Source: Somniosus microcephalus (lineage: Eukaryota). From it: a stretch of DNA of 64,000 nucleotides. Below, in pieces: positions 38,106 to 50,034 of this stretch. The notes under the pieces are model-generated. The model made no database searches and was not told where the DNA came from. It worked only from the letters and a program-made list of their open reading frames with translations. Every line of letters begins with the position of its first letter. Position 1 is the first letter of the stretch. Both the position numbers and the translations under genes were made by a program. Location: assembly GCA_052327205.1 (NCBI GenBank), contig CM126202.1, positions 145,762,001 through 145,826,000 on the forward strand. The letters are read 5' to 3'.

Positions 38106-39702
38106 GAACCCGCCTCAAACCTGGCCACTTCCAGTTTTAATGGAGGCGGGATGGGGGGACAGGTGGCCAATCCACTCTCAGGAGGCGGGTCACCATTGAA
38201 AGCTTTGAAGGAGGCTGCGTGCCTCCATTTTCACAAGCTTTCTATTTTTAACTCATGTCTGCTGGGTTTCCCAGGCCTTGGGAAACCCAGCAGGTAAAAG
38301 GAGGCAAGATGGGCTGGATCCATGAGGTAAGTGCCTTTATAGCACTGCTTGTGGATCAGGAGGAGCAGGAGTGTTTCCCTTCAGCCCATCAAGCTTACCT
38401 GTAAACATCACCACCCCCCCACGATCTGTCTGACCCCTTCGACCTCGCGCCCCCGCAACCGCCATCTCGCCCCCGCAACCGCCATCTCACACCCCCGTGA
38501 TCTCTCCCCTATGCAATCACTACCCACTACTAGACCTACCCACTCCTCCACTGCATCCTTCTGCTGCAGGCTTCCCCGCCCAACAGGCAGACAGTCTGTG
38601 AATCAGGCTGGCTGTCGGGCGGGAAACTTTCAAAAAAAATGTTTAAATATGCCTGGGGAAACCTATACCTCTGGGTTTCCCATCCATAAATCCTCCACCC
38701 GACCCCCCAGCCCCCCCCCCCCTCCAAATGCACACATCAGCAAGTTACATGGATGCATCTTTACTAACGTTTAGTACTTCAAAACATATCACTCTATTCA
38801 TCCCAGGATCAATATTTTCCTTTGAGTAGCACACAGACATTGGAAGGATTTCTTTTAATGTTCACCAGTCAAAGTCCACTCTGATTTTAATGACAGCATA
38901 GTTAAAAACATGCATTGCTCTGTTTCCCTATATAGAACCTCCTGAAAGTGACAGATAACCTTCTTACAAAACAATGTTTTATTCAGCTGTTGCATGCTTT
39001 AGTCTTCCAGTCAGTTGGTAGGTTGATTTACAATAGTGTAGATGTGATTTATTCACAAATTAATTTAGGAAGAAACCAGGTCTGTTAAGTCACTGAGAAA
39101 TGCCGTATGAATGATTAATAAACATGGGCTGGAACAGAGAGATTAGCACTAATGACTGAGGACAGATGCTGAAACAGACAAGCTTTCTTTTTTGTTCCCC
39201 TTCTGAAACATTTGTTCATTCAAGTGGAATAGCAGTTTTGATTCAATCATAATTTATTTACCACACAGAATTAACATTTTAACTAAATCCATTTAACCTG
39301 GTTAATCTTTTCAGTGCTCAGGATATAGTATATTGGATGTCTGGTTGAAATGAACTAACTAAAAATAGATTGAATTATCTTGTGTTCAACACTGCATTGA
39401 CAAAAGCATTTAACCATAGTAGTATCAGGAAACTTAATCCTTAGTTAGGAAATGTTAGCTAAGCTATAAATATACCAATAAAGAGCTGTTTATAGTGAGA
39501 GTGCCATTGAACTGCCCGTGTCCATCAGGCTTTATCTCTGTGCCTGTTTTAGAGTTAAGTGACAGTCCCTAATATTTCTCCTAGATCAGTAAACATCACT
39601 GAAATGCTCTAATTAATAATGTAGAAACTAAACTTTGGGTTTGGGTCTACGGTAGGTAGAAGGAGCAATTGTGGCTGTGTGAATGGAATGTGAGAATGAG
39701 TT

Positions 39703-39906
39703 ATGTATGTATGTCCACATATATTCCTTTACGTATATGTATGTATGTTTTATATTCCTTTACTAATGTGTATGAATGTATGTTTTTAATTATGATTTTC
39801 CAATAAGTTACTTTCTCTGAAAGTCATAATTAAATAATACATTCATACACATAAGTAAAGGAATATATACATAACACGCAAAGGAATATATACAGACATA
39901 CATACT
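39703..39906. repeat. AT-rich imperfect palindrome (~200 bp), possible old MITE
   Basis: TATATTCCTTTACTAATGTGTATGAATGTA..TTAATTATGATTTT is mirrored by AAAGTCATAATTAA..TACATTCATACACATAAGTAAAGGAATATA. Confidence 0.7.
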
Positions 39907-40021
39907 TTCAGAAGCTCCACGATAATAAATATCTTCCTCCGCAGCCTCTGGAGCAACTGTACCCATGCTTTTTTCATGTGTAAGTTGTAATGACTTGACC
40001 TCACTGAAAGCATTAATGAAA

Positions 40022-40212
40022 GCGGCGAATTATACTGCGCACGCGCTGCCTGTGCAGTCGCACGCGTTCTGCCTCTGAACCCCTTCGTTCAGAGGACAGG
40101 AAATGCCGGTTTTCCCCACATGCACTGTGCATGCTGAAAACCGGCATTTCATCCGGCCAGATGCGTAAGTACCCCGACCGTACTCGCGCATTTGGAAGGG
40201 AATTACTGGGCC
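40022..40212 (-). mobile_element. Partial MITE: inverted copy of the left ~185 bp of the 29744-30480 family
   Basis: Its reverse complement aligns closely to 29744-29928; terminus AATTACTGGGCC. Confidence 0.85.
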
Positions 40213-40240
40213 AACATTTTACATGTCAATAAAATGAAAA

Positions 40241-41097
40241 ATTTAACAATTGCACGACTTGCCCCCTCGCATCTGCGACTGAGGGTCCAAGGAGGTGCAT
40301 TGCGCAAGAGGTCATCATCGTACGTATCCTCACACTGTTCCCGTTGGGGAACTGTATGAAGTGGTGGAAGGATTTATGGCCGTGATTAACGCTCATTCCG
40401 TGACCGTAACCATCTTTGAACCAGCCATTAGGGTGGTTAGTCCTATGGCGGGAGGGTTTTACGGGCTCCCACAACCCATCTGAGGGGGGGGGGGCCACCA
40501 ACACCCACGGACGCAAGTATCCCGCTGGATGTCCACCCAGAATTTAAAGTTGGAGCTCCGACTCCACTTGCCGGGACTGTCTGGAGTGGGGTTCAAAACC
40601 CTACTCCTTCTGGCCCAGCGGCGGGGATGCTTACTGCTACGCAAAAGGCCCACTCCGCACAAAAGGTGACACCCATACGTTTCCTGCGCCTTTTCCCTCC
40701 CCGTGACTGGAGCCCTATGCTGCCATTTCACGTTGCTAATCGGATTGGGCCTTTGTCATAGCGGTAGGATCCCCGCCGCTGGGCCAGATCAGGGTAGGGT
40801 TTCGAACCCCGCTCCAGACAGTCCCGGCAAGTGGAGTCGGAGCTCCGGCTCTAAATTCTGGGTTGACATCCAGTGGGATATTTGCGTCCGTGGGTGTGGG
40901 TGGCCCCCCCTCCTTGTATAGCTTGTGGGAGCCCGTAAAACCCTCCCGCCATAGGACTAACCGCCCTAATGGCTGGTTCAAAGATGGTTACGGTCACGGA
41001 ATGAGCGTTAATCATGGCCATAAATCCTTCCACCACTTCATACAGTTCCCCAAAGGGAACAGTGTGAAGACACGTATGACGACGACATTGCTAAATA
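40241..41097. repeat. Long fold-back element: ~350-bp inverted arms around an ~80-bp loop, family unknown
   Basis: 40310-40658 is the reverse complement of 40741-41087 at roughly 90-95% by eye; outer ends ATTTAACAAT / ATTGCTAAAT also pair. Confidence 0.9.
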
Positions 41098-41536
41098 AAT
41101 AAATGGAATTAAAAAAATTCTTTTAGGGCTTTTAAAAGTCTTTAAATTGCTTTAATTCTCTTTAAAACTACTTCAGATTACTCAAAATAATGTAAACATT
41201 TTAAAAAGTTTATAAAAGTTACCAAAATCTTCAAAAAACTTCCAAAAACCTATTTAAACTGCTGCTTTGCATGTAAAAATGCTTAGCAGCTTGACAGAAA
41301 CATTGGGGGCGTGTCCAGTGAAACTGAGACCTCAAGGGGTGTGTCTCACTTGCACTGCATGCTCCTGGCTTCGCGCTGGCTGCACTCCTGGGCGGCGTGA
41401 CGTCATACGCTGCCCGGGATTCTTCTTTCTCAAACACCAAGTCCAGGCGTCCCTGGAGCTGATCGGCAGTAGCGCGGGGTAAGTGCATATACGGGGCTTG
41501 CACGCGCGGCAAGCCCCGTTCACCAATTTCTGGCCC
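41098..41536. mobile_element. Right part of a MITE related to 29744-30480 and 43179-43942
   Basis: Shares the subterminal hairpin GGGGCTTGCACGCGCGGCAAGCCCC and ends AATTTCTGGCCC. Confidence 0.7.
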
Positions 41537-41934
41537 AAGTCAGAGCTCCTGCTTAGTCTTGTTAGGGGCAGAGCCTCTGCTGCTCTTTACAGAGTCAGTG
41601 ACATGGAGGTGGAAAAGTTGGGTTTCGTAACTCCCTATATTGGGAATCCAGGAGGTTGAGGGATCTTTGAGAGCTGGTACACCCAGTGAGAAGAGGTACA
41701 CTTGCCTCTTTATCAGCAGATGTGGGGACCACCTTGTGGATCTAGGCCAGGGAACCAGCCTGGATTTCTGAAGATCAAAGTATTTTGTGTGTAATGTGAC
41801 CTTCTTACACTTGGGACCACTAGGGGCCAAATTGGAATGTTTCCAAGGAGGTCACCAAGGACCTTGATCCCAGGTTTTTGCCAGGATCGCGGTTCCAAGG
41901 ATTTTCAGGGCCCTTTTTTTTAATGCATTTACAA

Positions 41935-42390
41935 TGACCCAAGCTGTTTGTTCCCCAATGTTTTTTGAAAGGTCATGTGTCCAAAACTGCAAGCAATATT
42001 CTAAATGTAGCCCTACCAGTGGGCTATATAGGATTAAAATAATTTGTTTCATCTCATAAAAAAAACACCCTCAAGATATATCTCAGTACTTGATTAACCT
42101 TGTTAATTATAGTTTCGCATTAACTGAACACTTTTCAGCAGGGAGTAGAGGGATGTAAGTTTCGGATCAAAAAAATAAAGAACTGAAAATAGTATGAACA
42201 TGTCCTTTAGAAGACCTAATCGCTTAGTGATCTCAATAGGCAAGTAAGATGGGCTGAATAGGTTTTTTTTGATACGCTGATATGATTAGATGAAGTAGGG
42301 TGGGAGGAGGCTCCTGTGGAGCATAAACACCGGCTTAGACCAGTTGGGCTGAATGGCTTGTTTCTGAACGGTAAATTCTATCTAATTCTT
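41935..42390. mobile_element. Decayed CR1 fragments (minus-strand ORF2 piece, then a plus-strand 3' tail)
   Basis: LYSPLVGLHLEYCLQFWT on minus; GACCAGTTGGGCTGAATGGCTTGTTTCTG tail on plus. Confidence 0.6.
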
Positions 42391-43178
42391 GTTCCTAAGA
42401 GATTCACACCTCACTATTCCTAAGAAAATAGATCTTTCCGGTTGCCGGCCTCAGTAAAACTGCACAAGACCCACACATTGGCAACTGTCGGCACTAGTAT
42501 GGTATGAAAGGGTCGATTTTATGAACGTGTGTTTTGGATGGAGAGTCTCACTCACCAGGAGCACATAGCAGGAAATTGTAGAATTGTAGGCACATTACCT
42601 ATGAATTCCTGTACTTATAGACAACATGCCCACAATATGACAAAAATGCACATCCAGTGGGCGAGGTTCCCCGCGAGGTGTATACATTTGTAAAATGCAA
42701 TATAATAGTGCCAACAGGCACTTCTTTATCACCAAGGCACAAGGGGTTAATTGCAAACACTTCCCTAAATGGTCACTTCCTTATATTATGCAGACTTTAC
42801 TAAGTTTAGAACGCTCATTCAATGATGGTAAGAAAAAAATGTTTAATATATAAACCATATAAGCTAAGGAACAGCAAATGCCTGAACTCCACCCCACAAT
42901 CCCATAACCAGAAACAGTGCATGTAATTAATTTTGATCAAACAGTAGATCAAAAGAAGCCTTTCCACACAGAGGCAATCTCCCCTTCTCCTCCAGACCAC
43001 AGAAACCACGGTATCTTTTAACATACAGCACTGTAGATTTTGGATATGAGAACCAATTCCAAAAATAAATTGGGCCTTAATCACTGGAAACAGGCTCAAA
43101 AGAACATTTTCCACAAATATTATTTGTTGTTTTACAACTGTTTTACAGATCATAGTAGCATACATAGTTAAACACAAT

Positions 43179-43942
43179 GGCCCAGAAATTCGGGTCTCCA
43201 CGGGTGAGTACACACGGGGTACTCACCCGTAGGCCCAATGGAAGTGCCGGTTTCCTGCATGCACTGCGCATGCACGGGAAATCGGCACTTCCGTTCCCCT
43301 GAAAGGAGGGGTTAAGAGGTTGAACGCGTGCGCAGTAGAGGCTGCGCGTGCGCATCGAACGTAGGTTTTTTTTTACAAGTTTTCCCGCGAGGGTAAGTCT
43401 GCAGAAGTTAGACATGTAAAAAGCAGGCGTAAGGCCTGCTTTTTACAAGGTAAGTGGTGAATTAATTCAAATTAAAACATTTTTTCCACAGGTTTATTAT
43501 TTTTAAATACTTTAAAGCAAGGTAAGTTTATTTTTAGCCCCGTTAGAAAATAAAATTATTTTTTTCAAAATTTTAAATTATTGTTTAAAATAGTTATTTC
43601 ATGTAATTTATACTTTATTTAAAAAATGTGATTTTTAAAAAATTTATTTGAAGATTTAGTGCTGTTCTGGGGCCGTAGTATTTATAAGTCTTGACAGCAC
43701 TGCCTGTCAGGCTTATGAATGGAGCATTCCCTGCTCCGATTGGCTCTCCATGGCCCACGTGATCCCAGGGGACGCATCAAACTAACTGCGCCCCTGGGAT
43801 ACACAAGCACTGCACACCGGCAGCTGGACCAGGCCCCGGATCGGAATTCCATGGAGGACCACAGCTCAACGGCCAGCGCGCTAGTTAAGTGCAGATCGGG
43901 GGCTTACACCCGCGGGAAGCCCCCGACCCGAATTTCTGGGCA
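43179..43942. mobile_element. Non-autonomous DNA element (PIF/Harbinger-like MITE)
   Basis: 17-bp perfect inverted ends GCCCAGAAATTCGGGTC / GACCCGAATTTCTGGGC; AAT on the left flank; same architecture as 29744-30480. Confidence 0.85.
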
Positions 43943-44398
43943 ATTGGCTCGGATTTTGTGGTCAGTGGCGAAGGAACGGGGCTCGCCGTTCACCTCGCTG
44001 ACAGCTGTCCACAACGTTTTTGTGGGTTTTACAACAGACTTGCTCTAATCCAGTGTCTGATCCAGCATGGCGCCCTCTACAGGGCATCTGCGGCATCTGT
44101 GAGCAGATCAAGTAAAAATCGAGGCTCTTCAACCAATCAGATTGAAAAATCCTCACTGAGCTATGCAGAGTTTAAATCAGGAGAAGCATTCGGGAAGGTG
44201 CAGAACATCTTGAGTCTCTTCGTTGGGAGCAAGCAGAAGCCAAGCGCAAACAGCGAAAGGAGCGCACGTCAACACAAGCACCCCACCCACCCGCCCCTTC
44301 AACCACCGTCTGCCTCCCCTGTGACAGAGACTGTAGGTCCCACATTGGACTCATCAGTCACCTGAGAATTAATTTTTGGTATGGAAGCAAGTCATCCT

Positions 44399-47300
44399 TA
44401 TTATGTCCGTGTATAATTGAGACACGGACTGCAGGAGTTGATTATAACAAGTCTTTACTGAATGGAGACAACCTGGAAACTGAAACTACAGAAGCCTGCT
44501 AGGACCTTTTATACAGGGGTGGTCGCTGCCAGTACTGCAGTCTGAGACCAGTTATTCCCTTAAAGGTACATACACAACAATTCCTCCCCTTTTAGATAAA
44601 CAGTACATAACATTCATTTAACAACTAAATAATAACTAATTACAATTACAATTACGGTTGCTAGATACATTGGTTGAAGTTAAGCAATTATAAGTTCAGT
44701 CTTTGAGGAGGCTTCCTGATTCTGTCTGGATAACGCCTCTTTGGGATATCAGATTCTTCTGGCAAGGTTGAGTCGGGATCAATGTCGTTGTTTGGTTCGT
44801 CTGCTTCCAATATCACCGATTCTGCGGTAGATGCAATTGGTACTTCGGTTTCATCGCCAGGTGTATCAGATCGTGGTGTGGAGTTGCCGTTTTCCAGTGA
44901 CTCTAGAATCTGGTCAGCATGGCGTCTTACAGTGCTCTCTCCAACATCCACGGTATACATTAGAGGTCCTTGCCGTGTACAGGTCGTTCCTGGCTGCCAT
45001 TTCTCTGTGCGGTAGTCCCGAGCCAAAACTGGTTGACCTATCTTAAAACTTCTGGTCGGCCTTTCCTTCATATTCTGAAACTGCCTGCTCTCCACATCTC
45101 TTCTGACATTTGGCTTAACCAAATCCAAGCGGCATCGTAGTCTTCGATTGAAGAACATCATGGCTGGAGTTTGGTTGGTAACCGCATGTGTCGCATTCCG
45201 GTAGGCAAACAAGAAGTTATCCACCTTGTGTTGTAGGGGTATATCTTCATTACACATTGCCTTGATAGCCTTCTTGAATGTTTGAACAAACCTCTCGGCC
45301 AATCCATTAGTGGCTGGATGATATGGGGCGGATGTGTGATGCTTAACACCATTGTTCTTTAAGAACCTCCGGAACTCTTCAGACACAAACTGTGGTCCAT
45401 TGTTAGAGCAAATCTGTTCAGGCAGCCCATTCCTGGCGAATATGGTTCGTAAGACTGTGATAGTTTTTTCTGTGGTGGTTGAGGACATTTTTATTACCTC
45501 TGGCCACTTTGAATGTGCATCCACCGCAATTAAAAACATCGAGTCCATAAAGGGACCAGCAAAATCAATGTGCAACCTTTGCCATGGAGATGAGGGCCAC
45601 TCCCATGGATGTAGAGGGGCTTGTGGTGGGGCGTTTTGGACCTTCTGGCATCCTGTACAGCTCTTGGTCATCTCTTCGATTTCTCTATTGATTCCCGGCC
45701 ACCACACAAACGCTCTGGCTAAGTTCTTCATTTTTACCCCTCCCAGATGACCCTCATGAAGCTCATTGAGCACTCTATCCTTCAATTTGGGTGGAATTAC
45801 TACTCTGGATCCACACATCAAGGATCCTCTGCACACTGACAGCTGTTCTCTTCTCGGCGAGAATGCTGGCAGCAGTGGTTTGCCATGTGCTGGCCATCTC
45901 TTCACCGTTAAATCATAGACCCAGGAGAGTGTCGGATCATTTCGTGTTTCTTTTTCTATGTTTGCATTCGTCACAGGGAGACATTCGACTATAGTCAAGT
46001 GGAATAACTCCACTGGATCCACTGCCAGTTCTTCTTCCACCGTCGGCAACGGTAGGCGCGACAATCCATCAGCATTCCCATGCTGTTTAGTTCCTTTTTA
46101 CTCGATGTCATATTGGTGTGCCCCTAGGAAAAGGGACCACCTCTGTAGCTGTTGTGCCGTCATTATCGGTACACCCTTCTGAGGGTTGAAAATGGAGACA
46201 AGAGGTTGATGATCAGTTAGTAGAGTAAATTTCTGACCGTGCAGGCAGTGATTGAACTTCTTCACCCCCCACACCAGGCTGAGGGCCTCTCTGTCAATCT
46301 GGGCGTAGTTACGCTCGGCTGAAGTTAACGAGCGTGACGCAAAAGATATCGGCCTCTCTGAACCATCAAGGAATTTATGTGACAGTACCGCCCCAATGCC
46401 GTAGGGAGAAGCATCACACGCCAGTCTTATCGGTAGTGATGGGTTGTAGTGAGCCAATACTTCTCTTGAAGTGATTAGGCCCTTACTCTTCTGAAAGGCC
46501 CGCTTACATTCATCGCTCCATTTCCAAGCTATTCCCGTTCGTAGTAGGGCGTTCAGTGGATGCAGAATTGTGGACAAATTCGGCAAAAACTTATGGTAGT
46601 AATTCACCAATCCGAGGAATGACCTCAGTTGCGACACATTTTCAGGCGCTGGAGCCTTAACTACCGCTTCAATTTTGTCAGGGGACTTATGCAACCCTTC
46701 TTCATCAATCACGTGGCCACAATACGGTATCTGTTTCTTAAAAAACTCGCACTTGGGGCGATTGGCTCGTAGCCCATGTTCACGTAGTTTAGTGAGCACC
46801 TGCTCTAGGTTGGCAAGGTGTTCACTGTCATCTTCACCTGTCACTAGGATGTCGTCCAAGTAGCACTGAGTCCCCGGAATCGCTTGCAGGACTTGTTCCA
46901 TCGCTGTTTGCCACATCGCCGGAGCTGATGCTACTCCGAATACCAGTCGATTATACTGGTAAAGACCTTTGTGAGTGTTTATCGTGAGATACTTCCTAGA
47001 GGATTCTTCAACCTCCATCTGCAAATATGCTTGTGCTAGGTCAATTTTTGTAAAACGCTTCCCTCCAGATAGTGAGGCGAAGATATCTTCTATCCTTGGA
47101 AGAGGATATTGTACAGTGTGAAGGACTGGGTTCACCGTCACCTTGAAGTCCCCACAGATGCGAACCTTCCTTGGCTCCTCAGACTTATTGTTTAACGTTT
47201 TCTACATGACAGGAATGATGGGTGTCACCCACTCGCTCCAGTCTACCTTAGATAACACGCCTGCATTCTCCAGATTCTCCAGCTCTGCCTCGACGGCTGG

Positions 47301-49556
47301 GCGAATTGCATATGGTACCGGTCTTGCTTTGAAAAACTTGGGAATTGCATTCTCCTCTATTTTTATCGAGGTGGTTACGCCTTTAAGAGTGCCCAGTTCT
47401 TGTTGAAATACCTCTTTGGCGTCAGCTAAGATTGTTGACAATCGTCCAGGAGTGACGTCGTCATCCTTTTTACCAGCCACCGTCAGTGCCGGAATGGAGT
47501 GCCAGTCTAAACTTATCTTTCTGATCTATTCACGTCCCAATAACGGTGGTCCACCATCTTGCAGAATGTAGAGATACAATTTCCGTATTTTCTTGCCGTT
47601 GTATTCGACAGGCACCCTTATTTTTCCTCTGGGGTATACTTTTTGCCCCATATACGTCCTCAAGACAATGGATGTCTCTCTCAAGGGTATGTGTGAGAAT
47701 AGCCGCTCGTAGTCTCATCGATTCATGACGGTTAGAGCTGATCCTGTATCCAATTCCATTTTGACTTGGGACCCTGCTATCATGAGGGTGACCCAAATGG
47801 TTCGGTGATCCTCTTTTGCGATTACGTTGTGAAGTTTGAGACAGCTTAGTCTCTTGTTCCCGGATTCACTATCACTCATCTGGTCTTCGGAACTACTGTC
47901 CGTCATCTTTTGTACTTTCCTGTACGGTTCCTTAGTAGCCTTTTTGTTGTCGTTGGTCTTCTTCCCAGACCTGCAAACTCGTGCAATGTGCCCCATCTTT
48001 CCGCACTGCCTGCATGTTTTGTCCTTGGACCAGCAGTCATTCTAGTCATGGTTTGTTCTGCCGCAGCGATAACATTTTGCAAATCCCCGTGTCATTTCGT
48101 GGGTGCTGTATTCCTGTGGCTTTTGTTGTATTTCCGCAGTTCCCCTTGCTGCTGCTTCGTACGATACTGCCACGCTGAAAGCCTTATCTAGCGTCAGCTC
48201 TTTCTCTGAGAGTAACCTCTTCTGGGTTCCTTCACTCAGGAGTCCACAGACAAATTTGTCCCGTAAGGTATCTGCCAGTCCTGCTCCGAACTGGCAGTGC
48301 TTTGATAGTTTGCATAGTTCCGTAAGGTAATCAGCATTGCTCTCATTTTTATGCTGATTTCTCCTGTGGAATTTAAATCTTTCTGCTATCAGCAGCAGTG
48401 TAGGATTTAGGTGTTCCTGTAGGATAGCAACAATATCATTAAAACTCTTTGCCTTCGGTTTGGCTGGAGTAATCAGGTCCCGCAATAGGCCGTACGTTCT
48501 TGCGCCCATTAAATTTAGCAATACCGATGCCTTTTTCTCATCGGCTATTTTGTTTGCCTCGCAATATACCTCGACTCTTTCCACATACGTGGTCCAGTCT
48601 TCTATTGCATTATCGAAGGCAGTGATATCGCCAGTCTTTGGCATCTTGAAAATCTAAGATGGCGCCTCCCGCGCTTTGCCTTCGTCCCCGATGGATCAAA
48701 ATGGCGCCTCCCGCGCTTTTTCTTCTTCCCCGCCGAGTTAAGATGGCGCCTCCCGCGCTTTCCCGCCGCTGCCGCTGCTGCCAACGCTGTTGCTGGCGAT
48801 TATATTTATTTTACTATCTTGTAATGGCGACGCCCTATGGTCTTCGCGCCTCCCCGATCGCTGCTGCCTACGCCGCTCTCAGCGGTATTTTTATTTTTCT
48901 ATCGCGCTTCAATATTTGCTCCGTTAATTGAAGAACCATTCCTGTCGTGGAGCGGACCCTCTGGGACACTTCCCTCCCTCTTCTTAGGTCCGAACGCTGC
49001 CCGGCTTCGAAGCACCGGCCACGCCCTGTGTGCTCCACCCTCTCTCTCTCTCTTTGCTTCCCGACTCGCTGCCCGGCCCCGTTGCAGAGCCACCCGATCG
49101 AGCTCTAGCCCGCCGCAGCCCAGGAAGGATCAGTGCACTACCTGCCACCAGCCCGATTAGCTGGGAAACCACAGACTGGAGAACCAAGCCTGGCTCTCGA
49201 CAGTCTCTCCTGCACTTTTCAATTCGATGATTTGGAGGGCGGTTGCCCACGGTCGATGCCCGTTTCTCGAGTTTCTTTGGATTATTTTTTTTTCTTTCTT
49301 CTGGCTTCGACCTTCAATAACGTCGTCTGAGGTGCTGCCAAGTTGCAGGTAAGTTCGTTTCTTACTCGTCGCCAGTATTATGTCCGTGTATAATTGAGAC
49401 ACGGACTGCAGGAGTTGATTATAACAAGTCTTTACTGAATGGAGACAACCTGGAAACTGAAACTACAGAAGCCTGCTAGGGCCTTTTATACAGGGGTGGT
49501 CACTGCCGGTACTGCAGTCTGAGACCAGTTATTCCCTTAAAGGTACATACACAACA
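44399..49556 (-). mobile_element. Full-length Gypsy (Mag-like) LTR retrotransposon, element C (5158 bp)
   Basis: 181-bp LTRs at 44399-44579 and 49376-49556 (3 mismatches); TSD ATCCT at 44394-44398 and 49557-49561; PBS TGGCGACGAG (tRNA-Ser type) at 49365-49374; PPT next to 44580. Confidence 0.97.
44688..48644 (-). pseudogene. gag-pol: Single-frame gag-pol of element C with five in-frame stops
   Basis: ORF pieces are in one frame with stops near 48042, 47715, 47526, 47202 and 46098; protease LDTGS, RT YLDD, RNase H CDAS/TDH, integrase HHCC; second catalytic D reads N (SNNG). Confidence 0.93.
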
Positions 49557-49883
49557 ATCCTCAGTTCCGATGGACTGCCGAAGAGAGAGAGAGAGAAATC
49601 TGGAAGTACAAACTAGGAAGTATAAAATAGATTTAAATCATATATAGAAAGTGAAATAAAGATTGGGAAGAAAGATGAAGAGATAAAAGAGACAGACAGA
49701 AAAAGTTTTTAAAAATGTATTTTTTTTAAATCTCCAACAATGATTAACTTCTGAAGGAATGAGACTCCACACTCATAAAATTACATTTTCAGGGCCAAGA
49801 GGTTGTTTGGCAGTAATTATCACTTATCATGCCGCTAAAAATTCACTTACTTCTGGCTTCTTTAGTGGGGAACTAGTGGGCAA

Positions 49884-50034
49884 CAATGTTCCCTCGAATA
49901 TTTTTTTGGGATGTGCAGCCCATTCAAAATTCCATGCATGCATGGTTTTTCTATTTAAAAGCCGGTGAGCTGGCTGCGCGGGACCTCCAGAACGCAGCTC
50001 AGCTGCACGGCCATGTAGCTTAAAGAGAACATTG
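49884..50034. mobile_element. hAT-type MITE (151 bp)
   Basis: TIR CAATGTTCCCTC / TAAAGAGAACATTG; 8-bp TSD GTGGGCAA at 49876-49883 and 50035-50042. Confidence 0.88.

Larger units (their letters stand above)
36004..38725. mobile_element. Probable decayed MITE-like element that received LTR element B
   Basis: Left end GGGGGTACTTTT after ATT; GC-rich sequence resumes after the LTR TSD at 38111; right boundary uncertain. Confidence 0.4.

Noticed and set aside
40226-41102. Paired similar short ORFs as a duplicated gene; HDV-like ribozyme in the loop (TTCACGT)
   Set aside because: ORF similarity follows from the inverted repeat; I could not build the P1/P3 pairing required for an HDV fold.
41540-41910. 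Possible L1/Tx1 C-terminal fragment (WQKPGIKVLGDLL, IFRNPGWFPG)
   Set aside because: Motifs are weak, in unexpected order and frameshifted; not supportable without a search.
42430-42752. piggyBac-like end AAGGGG|TTAA
   Set aside because: Only one end seen; no matching terminus or transposase sequence.
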